DNA from: Fimicolochytrium jonesii
Taxonomy: Eukaryota
DNA length: 64,000 nucleotides
NCBI RefSeq assembly: GCF_025526975.1
Contig: NW_026515668.1
Location: 1,054,001 to 1,118,000 of the forward strand
Direction: 5' to 3'
Part shown: piece by piece, positions 53,701-64,000 of the stretch
Numbering within the stretch: the first letter of the stretch is position 1
Layout: the number at the start of each line of letters is the position of its first letter
Notes under the pieces: generated by a model
Databases searched by the model: none
The model's input: only the letters and a program-made list of their open reading frames with translations
Told to the model about the DNA's origin: nothing
Program-made: the position numbers and the translations under genes

Positions 53701-54799
53701 ACCTGACCCTCGACGAGGCGATGAAGAAGCGGGCAAAGATCACCTGGGACCAGGCCACCGTGCCATGCAAGCCCAAGTTCTACGGAAGCAAGTCGTTCAA
53801 GGAATACGACATAAAGTCGCTGATCCCATATATCGACTGGAACCCCTTCTTCCAGACATGGCAGCTGCGTGGAAAGTACCCCAACCGTGGGTTCCCCAAG
53901 ATCTTCAACGACGAAACCGTCGGCGAGGAAGCAAAGAAGCTGCACGACGACGCCATGGAGATGCTAAACACCATCGTCGAAGAGAAGATCCTCTCCGCGC
54001 GTGCCATCATCGGGTTCTGGCCCGCAGCGTCGATAGGCGAGGACATTGAGATCTTCTCCGACGACAAGAACCTTAACACACCGGTCGCGACATTCTACGG
54101 GCTCCGTCAACAAGCCGAGAAGGACGCAGATAACGACGAGCCATACTACTCCCTCTCCGACTTCATCGCGCCCAAAACAACCAAGATTCTCGACCACGTG
54201 GGCGCATTCGCCGTATCCTGCGGGTTCGGCGTCGACGAGAAATGCGTCGAGTACGAGAAACAGCACGACGATTACAGCATCATCATGCTCAAAGCCCTCG
54301 CGGACCGTCTCACCGAGGCCCTGGCGGAGGTCGTGCATGCGGATATCCGGAAGAACTGGTGGGGATATGCGCCGGAGGAGGATCTGTCCCCGGAAGAGAT
54401 GCTGCAGGTCAAGTACCAGGGCATTCGGCCGGCGCCGGGGTACCCCACGCAGCCTGACCATACGGAGAAGGAGACGATGTGGAAGTTGATGGAGATTGAG
54501 AAGGAGACGGGGATTGGGTTAACTGAGTCTCTGGTGAGTAGGATGAGCCAGTGTATTTTATCACCGCCTTCGACTGGGATCTAGATTCTGATGATGTCCT
54601 CTCTCCCTCCTCATCCACACAGGCCATGACACCAGCAGCCTCCGTTTCCGCCATCCTCTTTGGCCACAAGGACGCCAAATACTTTGCCGTCGGCAAAATC
54701 GCAAAAGATCAAATCAACGCATATGCCGCGCGAAAGAGCATGGAGGTGCATACCCTTGAACGGTGGCTTAACTCGAACTTGTCGTATGATGCGGAGTAG
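50793..54799 (+). CDS. metH: cobalamin-dependent methionine synthase
   Basis: [34 protein letters not shown]12-binding [10 protein letters not shown]...SGLITPSL, and reactivation domain GIRPAPGYP. Introns near 53410-53473 and 54534-54622. Confidence 0.97.
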
Positions 54800-55301
54800 G
54801 GGATTTGACTTGACGTTAAGGTGTAGATTTCGGTAGTTTTGGTCCCTTTATTTGGGATAGACTCGGTCCCCTCTCTTTCCTTATTTTGATGACGGGCTTT
54901 TCATGTATTTAATGCTTTTTAGTTGATCGATTGGATGAAGATATTAGCTGCGTATACTGCACATAATGGGTGGATAACGTACGGCGGAAGGGTGAAAGGT
55001 GGTAAAGAGAGGTTTGTGCACGGCAGGCCAACCCCGCATACGCCGCGTGGAGAGGATGGGAAAGGTTCACATGTTTTTCGCTGGTCATATGCTACCAATT
55101 TCGTCAAGGAATATCAAGATTGACCAATTTTCGTGAGGAAGATGCTACCAATTTCGTCAAGATCATCTTCTATTCGCAATCGGGTCAGAAAGCTCGAATC
55201 CCGTTTCTCTATCTATGCAACGTTGCGGGGAAACACGCTTCACGGGATGCCATTCCAAAAATTATGTGAAAGCTAGATGAGGGAGAGTCTAAACACCGCT
55301 C

Positions 55302-56616
55302 TCATAGTTTACGTGGGAATTCTAGACCGTAATGCTCCGACAAATAATCGATGACCCCGGGTGTTGATGTGAGAACGTTGAAAGTTTTCTTTTCTGCAAT
55401 CACAGACGTTTGATGAGTCGATTTGTGATCATTTGCCTGGTGCTCTTTCGAAGTCCTCTCGCGATTTTCCGCCACATACCTGCTTTGCTCATCGAGGAAT
55501 CCAGCATATACATAAGATGGTGATGAAGGATGAAATGCGCTGACCCATACCCCGTGCTCAACCTCACAAACTTCTGCACGGCCTCAATCGGGGTATGCTC
55601 GTACCCCGCAAACAACGCTGGATTCTCCAACAGCCCTCTCGCGGCCATCACACCGTCAACTCCCGTGTAGTCAACGATCCGGTCGGCATCGGTGAGCGAG
55701 AACACGTCTCCGTTGGCGAGGACGGGCATCGAGGGGCTGGCGTGCTCCTTGACCAGCTTAATGGCATCCAGCGAGACGGGCTCGGACGATTTCTGATGTC
55801 GTGTGCGGCCATGCACCGTGACCCAGTCGACGCCAACGGATTCTGCCCTGCGCACAAACTCGACCGTCTTGCGTGGGTCGCGGTGTACACGGATCTTGAT
55901 GGAACAAGGTAACCCACCCCCCGTCGTGCTGCCGTTGCCGGCCTCACACCCATTCGTCCGCGCTTTGACCTGCCGCACCATCTCCCGCACAAGCTCCGGT
56001 TGCTCCATCAGGTAACTCCCGATCTTCTCCTGCACGGCCCATTTTTGCGGACATCCGCAGTTGAGATCCACGCCGTTGGCGTACGGCGCGACAAGCTCCG
56101 CGGCATCGGCTAGATCGCCTGGTGTCGAGGAGGCGAACTGGATGACGACGGGGTCGTCGGCTTTGTTGGTGCGGTATTCGTGGTCGCGGGATATTTGGGA
56201 GTGCTTGTAAACGTCGGCGAGGATCATGGGTGTGTAGGCGATATCCACTCCATAGCTGTATGTGGGGCGGAACAAAAGGACGTGAGACAGAAAGATCTTC
56301 GATTTCAACGTACCCAAACTATCCCATCGGCGATTACCCACCCTCGCACCAACTCCCTGAATGGCAGCTTGCTGTATCGGACCATAGGCGCGCATATCGT
56401 CACATAAGGCCGCTCCGGCCTCCTCTTTGCGTCGTGAATATACTCCAAAGCCGACCTTCTCTGTGTCGGTAACTCAGTCATATCATCAGATTTATGCCCT
56501 TCTTCCTCCTCGTAATGGCCTTTGACGAAGCTTGGGCTGTCGTTGAAAGCTGCGTCGTCGCCGTCAACATCTTTGCGGGAGTATTTCAAGTCGGGAAGGG
56601 TTTGGTGGACAACCAT
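55302..56616 (-). CDS. DUS4: tRNA-dihydrouridine synthase 4-like
   Basis: CAPMVRYSKLPFR, YTPMILA, GVDLNCGCPQ, TVHGRT, ANGD, GVMAARGLLENP. The start codon is uncertain. Confidence 0.9.
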
Positions 56617-57006
56617 TTGGGGTTTGCTCTTTGTTGGGCTCAAACGTGAAGTGGCAGCTGAAGAAAGCTCTACCGGCGGCGCAGGTGTTTTCTATTCGAG
56701 GGAAAGGAAGAAATTGTATATTGCAGCTGTTTTGAGCGTCGGAGGGCTTGGGAAGGAAATTGGGCATTGGGTTTGCCCCACAGAAACCGGAGGCTCCGAA
56801 AAAAGTCTCAAACGGCGTTCGACGATTTCCAACGGTCGACACACACCGCCATTGCACCGCACATCGTAGACATCACATAAACACCCTTACGGACCTCGTC
56901 GAAATATCTAGACTTCCCAAGGTGGAAGGGAGCCATTTCCGACCGGCAGCGAGAAATATCCATACAAGAACAGCACACCACTTAACGCCATCCCTCATCC
57001 CGCAAG

Positions 57007-57967
57007 ATGGGTCTCTCATTCTCATCCTGCCTACGAGGCCACGATGACGAGCCCGGAACCCATCCGCACCAGGTTTGCTATCAGCCTGGAGCCGCTATTC
57101 ATTTGTCCTACTTATTTCTGCACACAAATTCACTCACTCTATGTTCTCCACATAGCCAACAGAACGCACGCCATTGCTTCCGCCCGTGTATGAGTCCGAG
57201 GAACAGCCTCGGTAGGTCAATGTTTGATGTTATCCGGGGATATGCGGGCTGGACTTTCTCAAGTGACGTATTCTCTTCTTTCGTGTGGTAGGTCGCCAAT
57301 GGACGAAGAGGCACAGGCGCGGTTAGAAGAAGAGGAAGAGCTGAAGAGGATAGTGCAACGGACTGCAGAGTGAGTGGGGGCGACGGAACGGATGGTGCGA
57401 ATCGTCGACAAGAGGACCGTGGGACTCACTAGTGTCTACGTTTATCCGAACTTACAGCAACCTCATTGATATATCCGCAACACGGATACTGGACCCGATT
57501 CCGCCGGACCTTGCTGCCGAGCGGGCTGCGAAATACAGGTATCGTTTCTCATCTCAGCAACGTTCTCCAGTTTCAGAATCAAGAACAACACCTTCGCCTT
57601 TAGATCAATACTCGCTGAAATCGGCCCTCAACTCCGTCCCTTCCTCCCCGCCTCCAAACCCGCCTCCTCCTTCTCATCCAGCCCGCTTCCCCGCCCACAC
57701 ACCTTCGAACTCCTCCAAGGCAGCGGTCTAACAAAACGCAGGAAGGAACTCATGGCCGAGGCCGAACGGGTGCTGGTGCCGCCGTTCAAGGAGATTAGGA
57801 TTAAGCCTGTGGGGGATATTTGGGTGCCGTTGATGCCGGGAGGGCCGCCGTCGGTTGCGGGAAATGCGACGTCGCCGGCTGCGGGTGGGGCAAATGGGGG
57901 TGCGAATGGAGCGGGGGCTGCGACGGGTTCGGGGCCGTCGACACCAGGGTCCGGGCCGGCTTCCTGA
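57007..57967 (+). CDS. LAMTOR1/Meh1(Ego1)-like vacuolar anchor
   Basis: N-terminal MG..C lipidation motif, ERTPLL dileucine signal, and EEELKRIVQRTA|xNLIDI. Multi-exon. Confidence 0.6.
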
Positions 57968-58611
57968 TGGGGATTCCATTAGACCGTTAGTGGTTGTTGG
58001 GCCGGGGGAAGATCTTTCATCGAGATAGCGCGAGGAAATCTCTCGGGCTTATCGTCGATGAGCACATCTTTAATGCAAGAAGGGCGAGGGGATATTTGTA
58101 TTATAGTGAACCGCGCAGCGAGATGGCCCGCGGTGGAGGCAAGGATTGCCGATGGCTTTTTTTGGTGTAGGATAACAGTGTATATAAGTTCTCGAAGCTC
58201 TTCCATAGTCCTAGACTCAAGGGAGAATCCGCATCCCCAACGGAACGTCTCATCCGAATATCAACGCGGTAGTCTCCCCGCCGGGTTATGAATTTTATTT
58301 ACATTCGAAGAGGACCAAACCCGCCGGTTGCATACAAAAAAAAAAGGGGAAGTTGGACCGTCGTTCATTACAGGAATGAAACCGAGGCATCCCTCCTCCA
58401 CTCAAACAAAGGGGAATTGGGATACTCTCTTCGTAGACTAGGAGGGCGTGGGGGTTTTCAAAAAGATAGTATGGCAAAAAAATCTCGGTCCGATATGCTT
58501 GGCTGGCTCTTAGAAGAACTCGTAGCCGAACATGCCGGAAGAGGCGAACGCGTGTGATCGCTGTGCTATGTCATGTTTCGTAGGTTGGCTTATTTGATGA
58601 TATGCGGTTGG

Positions 58612-59960
58612 TCACATATCCATGCTGCCCATCGTGTATTGCTCAAAGGATAGTTCCCTGTGGTGAGACATAACGCATGAGCTTACAAGCATAACCTGCA
58701 GATGCCACAGAGGAGGAGTCCTACCTGCTCTCGTCTTCGGGGATATGCAGCTCATCGACGCTCTGCCCATCAGTATCGTCCATCATGTAAATAGCGTTCT
58801 TCTCTTCTGGTTGTAAAGGTGCTAGACAACTGACTGCTCGGGCAGTAAAGAAGACGATTCGTTTTTGACGGCGGTTGACGAAGAAGTAGTAAAAACTCCA
58901 TCTGTTTGGGCGGACATAGATGGTTCTGTCAGTCAACCCCAGGTTCCGCGATCAAATTCGAGCGCTCACAAATGGGGAATCGCCGCCCCAACGTACAAGT
59001 TTCCCTGCTCCTCAGCATCTGGCTCCACGTCTCCATCTGGATTGAAACTGTAGATATCGCACTCCTTCAAGCAAATCGCTTCATCAATCGCAGCCCATAT
59101 CTTTGCGCCAACGGCATGCTGTGCGCCATCTATCCCCAAATGCACAAGCAATGTCGTGTTGACCGTATTCGCAACAATATTCACCGGTACAGTCGAGAAC
59201 GAATCGGGTCTCAGATCGCTGAAATCGTAATCAGGGAACGCGGCGTTCATGGTGGCTAGAAGGTAGAAGAAGGTTTTGCGAGATACATGTGGATGACCTA
59301 GTGAGCCTGCGTGGGGCGAGCTGGGGGAATTGTGGGACCCTTGCCAGGAGCCGATTTCCACATCGCCGCTTTTGTCTGGGAACTTTTCGTCCACGTGTCG
59401 TTTTAGACGGCGGTCATCGTCAGTGTTCTTACCTACATGAGCGCAATGATTGGCCAAGAGATTAGCGAAAAGCAATGGATAGGGATGGTTGCAAAGCGAA
59501 GGTTGAATGGTTGGTTAAACGATACCCTCGTGACAACAAGGTTGGGCGGCGTCTGAATCACAACGGCCGCTCGCTGTAGCTCACATTTACTGCTCGCTGT
59601 CGCTGGCGAACGCTTTTGGGGTGGTCGCGCTCGCCTATGCTTGGGCTCCCATCGCAAATCCAAGGCTCGCCTATGGCTCGCCTGCTTCGCTCGGCGATCG
59701 CCCCACTTCACTCGCCGGACGCTCCCACTTCACTCGCCGATCGCCCCACTTCGCTCGCCGCAGTACGCGTATGCCCAATACCGCCCTCCCCATCCTCAGG
59801 CTCTCAGAGCGAACCAGTCTCCCTACGCTCAAACGCTAGCGCTCTCGAACATACATGAATAAGCCTCGACACGCCCAAAGAGTCTACAGTCTCCGGTATC
59901 GATACACGACAGCTGGTTATTTATATTTTCGAGCGACTCGAAATCCGTAAGGTACTTCAT
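58612..59960 (-). CDS. MAF1: repressor of RNA polymerase III transcription Maf1
   Basis: MKYL...GRVEAYSC|K, SRKTFFYLLATMNAAFPDYDFS, CDIYSF, L|WSFYYFFVNRRQKRIVFF. Confidence 0.92.
59685..59760. repeat. about 21-bp minisatellite (about 3.5 copies) in MAF1 intron 1
   Basis: cttcgctcggcgatcgcccca / cttcactcgccggacgctccca / cttcactcgccgatcgcccca / cttcgctcgccg. Confidence 0.75.
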
Positions 59961-60790
59961 CCTTCGACTGAGTTTCCTTATTATTCCAAGCGAGGCGGTT
60001 GAGGTATTCGTAGAGACGAGGCTCTATAAAGAGCGCGGGTCTGGGAGAATATACGTTCCAGTATGCTGTTCTTGGTATCCGTTTTGCGTTGGTTTGCAGC
60101 GGACAACAGGTCATAGTAGGGCCAAAGGGGAAAGACGGGTGCAGGGTGCAGGCGGGTGCAGGCTCTCGACACAAAGTTCCAACGAGCCTGGGATGGGTCC
60201 ACAAGGGCGACAAATGGTGGAGCAGTCGTCTCACTGTCGACTTCGATGGGGCTTCCAAGGTGTTTACGAGTAAGGAAAAGCACGTTCAGTAGCCAAGACT
60301 GGTGTATCGCGGAGGCCTCGTATATGGAGTTCGATTACGTGGGTGTAGCTTGTGCGTGTGTATTTGCGATTGAGTTTCGTTGGGCTTTCGAGTGGCTTTG
60401 GGCACGTTGCGCGCGACAGGCTGAGGCTCTGAGGGGAGAGACGGACGGAGACGGACGGACGTTGGCCCTGATGACATCCGCGACGCTTTCGCTCGTGCGG
60501 GCAGCAGCCCAGCCGAAACGCAAACAAAACATACCCAGCCAAATCTACAAAGCAGCCGCCGCCACTTAGCAGCAGCTGTATGTACAAGGAGGAATAGAGT
60601 CTCTCTATGGCAGAGTAGACTGGTAATAGTGTGGATTAGCCCAGCTATTTGGCCGACACTCAAAGACTGGGCGAAGCTAATATAGATCTGCTCTATGCCG
60701 TCCATGCGCTCGATCTAGCTATCCACACATGTCACGTCAAGGGCCCTTGGAAAAGCGTCCAAACTCCTAAACCCCTAAGAAAGAAACCAC

Positions 60791-63700
60791 CTAAAAGTAC
60801 AAACTAGCTGCAAAAACAATATCCCTCTTGATGCACTCCCGCGCCTCCTCCATCTTCTTGAACAGTCCCGCATCTCCAATCAGCCGCGCCGTGCCTTGCA
60901 CCTCGCGGCACGTTTCTTCAAGTCGGATGATGGTTCGGACGATGGAGCCTGGTATATCATAATGCGGGGGTGCTCAGCAATCGTACTTTTCGAGATATCA
61001 AGCAGACAAAAGGTCGGCTTACCTTCCAAGACGTCCGTGAGATGCGTGATATGCTTGAACGGTAATCCACGTGCCCATTCGTATACGACCTCGACGAGTC
61101 CGATTTTGATGTTTGATAGGACGTCCTCTGTACGGACGTCCAGTCCGCAGCTTCGTTGGATGTCGCCGACACGCGTCGCAATGTCTACGATGGCTTTGAC
61201 GCCCTGGCGAACGAGGAATGGGTTTATCCCGGTCAGATTGATGTTGGCGTTCATGTGAGGTTGTGCAAAGCAGAGACCATACGAACCGTTTCGAGCCTCG
61301 GCGTCATAGCCGGCTCATTCTGCGTCTTCTCCTGAAACACAAAACAGCTGAGCAACGCAACAATCTCTGCTGGCTCATAGTCTGCCAAAAAGTTTTCGAG
61401 AATGAGCTCCGTCAGGATCAGTTCGTCTGCGGTGTTGATCTGGTTTGTCGGTCATTAGAAATCCTTCCGCCATCACGTCGAAATGTAATACTCGCAATGT
61501 ACGGTTTTCGCATTCGTACCTCGCACGCAACCCGTCCTTTTATTGTTACCGTGCCGTTCTCGTCAATGAAATTCATCACACGGAGAACCTCCACACGCTG
61601 ATGGTAGTCAGGAAGCAATTCCAGATTCTGGTCTGAGATCTTATGTGCCAGCTCTGCGACTTGTTTCTCCAAGGTGCGTTCGTTGTGAACCTTGGCGTAC
61701 TGAGCAAACAATCGAAGAAACGTCAATGATCCTATAGAAGCTGGGTGCATCATGACATGGCAAGTACTCACGTGTTCCATGAGATCAGGACATTTGACGC
61801 ATTGGAAGTTGTTAAGCTGGGCAAGCAGGTGTTCCTTCTCCCGATATCGCTCTTGGAAGTCGATGTCCCGTATTTTGCTCCAGTCGTATTCCGATATCTG
61901 ACCAGCAGCGTTGATTTCTTGCCCGATGCGCAAAAGCTCTTGCACAGCTCTTGCGATCTCTGCGCGGTCTCGTTTCGCTGTTACCAGTTCTGGGTCGATC
62001 TGAAACAAGAAAGTATCAGCACTCATTCACTGACAACGTCTCTCGAGACAACTAACCTTGATCTGCAGCTTGGTAATGACCCATATGTCGGTCACCGGAA
62101 GGTCAACAATCTCATTGTCGATCTTCTCCGCCGAAGGCACAGTGACACGGGTTACAGGCATGGGGGCATTCGCACTGGCCATCCCCTCCTTCGTCAAGTC
62201 GTTCTGATCCGTCAAAATCAAGATACTGTACTTTTTATCTTCCCCGCCCGCACGGTCAGGCCCACTCCCAACAATCACGCCAACAGCGTTGCGGTGGAAT
62301 TTGCTGTTAACGACCACGATCCTCCCCACCGCCAACGACTTGCCACCCATTGGGGTCTTCATGACCCGGTCCCGCAGGTCGAACTGCAACGTCGCAACTC
62401 TGTATGACAGGTCGTAGTATGGGTATATATCGGCCGAACAGATAGGACACGACAGCTTGGTCAGCGTTGATAGGGTTTCTGCGTGCTCGGCATGCTGCTT
62501 CTGCTGCTCAGGCAACAACTTCTGCGCAACATTCTCGGAAAAACTCCTCTTGATCATCTCTTCCACTTTCAAGGCTTCCACTCGGAGTAGGTTAAGGATC
62601 ATCGTGTATGTAAGACGGAACTGGGACGCGAGCTTCGTGGGCTGGCCCAGAATCATTTGTTGCAGACCGAGGCTTTCAGGAACCTCGTCGTTGCACGCGA
62701 TGATAACGATGCCCCGATCGTCCAGTCCACGACGGCCTGCTCGACCTGACATTTGCGTGTATTCCCCGGGCAGCAACTCGCGGAACGACCGTCCATCATG
62801 TTTCCGCGTTGATGAAAAAACGACGCACCGAGCAGGGGCGTTGACACCCATCGCAAACGTCTCGGTTGCAAACAGGCAGCGGACGAGCCCACGCGTAAAT
62901 AAAATCTCCACCATCTCTTTCACGATGGGCAGCAGTCCACCGTGATGCACGGCGATCCCGCGACTTAACAGATCCCGCATCCGCAAGATCTGCGGCAATT
63001 CCTTGTCGCTGCCTTTCAGCCGCCCGACACATTTCTCGATGAATACGTGCACTTCGCTTTTTTCGCCGGCGCCGGCTGTGAAATCTACGTTGGCGAGCCC
63101 GTTTGCGTACTCTTCGCATTTCTTTTTGGAGAAAGTGAAGACGATGACGGGGAGTAGCTGTTTTTTCTTGAGTAGTCCGAGGAGGTGGACGTACATGTTC
63201 CGATCCTGGTATGGAGGATGTCTCACTAAGAGGCCTGCCCACTAAACATGAGAAACATCTCGACTGAACAGCACACTTACAGTCTGTCCCATAGCCCTAG
63301 CATTAGGTCCGGCCCGACTCCCAGCCGACGTAAAGGTCTGCTGAGCCCCTCCACGCCCACCACCTCTTCCACCGCGACCACCACTTGCTTGACCGCCCCG
63401 CCCGCCGCCTCGTGCCGGAACACCGCCTGACCCCGGGCGTGGTGCTTCCTTCTTGGGTCCTGCAAGTGCTGATTGGGCAGCCTTCCACCTGCGGAGAAAC
63501 TGATGATCAGATACAGGAATCACAATGATTCCAAAAGGCAGATTCATCGTACCCCGTGGAAAGGAACTTTTTCTGCGAATCGACAACCTTGTAGAGCTCC
63601 TTGTCCGTTGTGGGGACGTACAGGTGATGCTCCAGGGGAACAGGACGTTTTGCTGTGGAGATGACATAGATGTTTTTCTTCTTTGTGCGTCTATGATCGG

Positions 63701-64000
63701 ACACATTAGCATACAGCGCCTCATGATGAAGAAAATATGATGAAAGGAAGGCCGACATACCCGACCCAGTCTGCAAATTCTCGGGTATTGGGCACAGTCG
63801 CGGACAATAGAATCAGGTTGACGTGCGCAGGCAGCATAATGATAACTTCCTCCCATACAACTCCTCTCTATGAAACAAATCACTCGTTATCATCTGCCCC
63901 CCATGAAACCTGTGCTCAACCACACCCCTCTTACCTCAATATCATTCACATAATGCACTTCATCAAAAATCACAAACTCCACATCTCGGATAAGGTCGGC
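60791..64000 (-). CDS. SKI2: Ski2 DExH RNA helicase; 5' partial
   Basis: [21 protein letters not shown], an RGG-rich insert, [38 protein letters not shown]-terminal [13 protein letters not shown]. Confidence 0.93.

Noticed and set aside
60000..60780. ORFs between MAF1 and SKI2
   Set aside because: Low-complexity UTR or promoter-like sequence with no protein motifs.

Overview
Intron-rich eukaryotic DNA with short GT-AG introns. It is most likely from a zoosporic (chytrid-type) fungus: fungal housekeeping genes sit alongside flagellar genes (CFAP58, CFAP100, a lebercilin-like gene), a cobalamin-dependent methionine synthase, an MCU and a dual-transmitter histidine kinase. About 25 protein-coding genes were assembled by hand across introns. 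The most striking feature is at the left edge. A spliced O-methyltransferase/SDR fusion gene resembles the MT-Ox enzyme of gadusol biosynthesis, and it sits directly upstream of a MysC-type ATP-grasp ligase of mycosporine biosynthesis. This suggests a natural hybrid gadusol/mycosporine UV-sunscreen cluster whose sugar-phosphate cyclase would lie left of the window. Other notable items are a membrane-anchored GH26-like protein apparently lacking both catalytic glutamates, a secreted LEA-like protein with a prohormone-like dibasic-cleaved repeat tail, and a long structured hairpin in an RPL27A intron. Family assignments come from remembered motifs, not database searches. Exon boundaries were read manually and may be off by a few bases.
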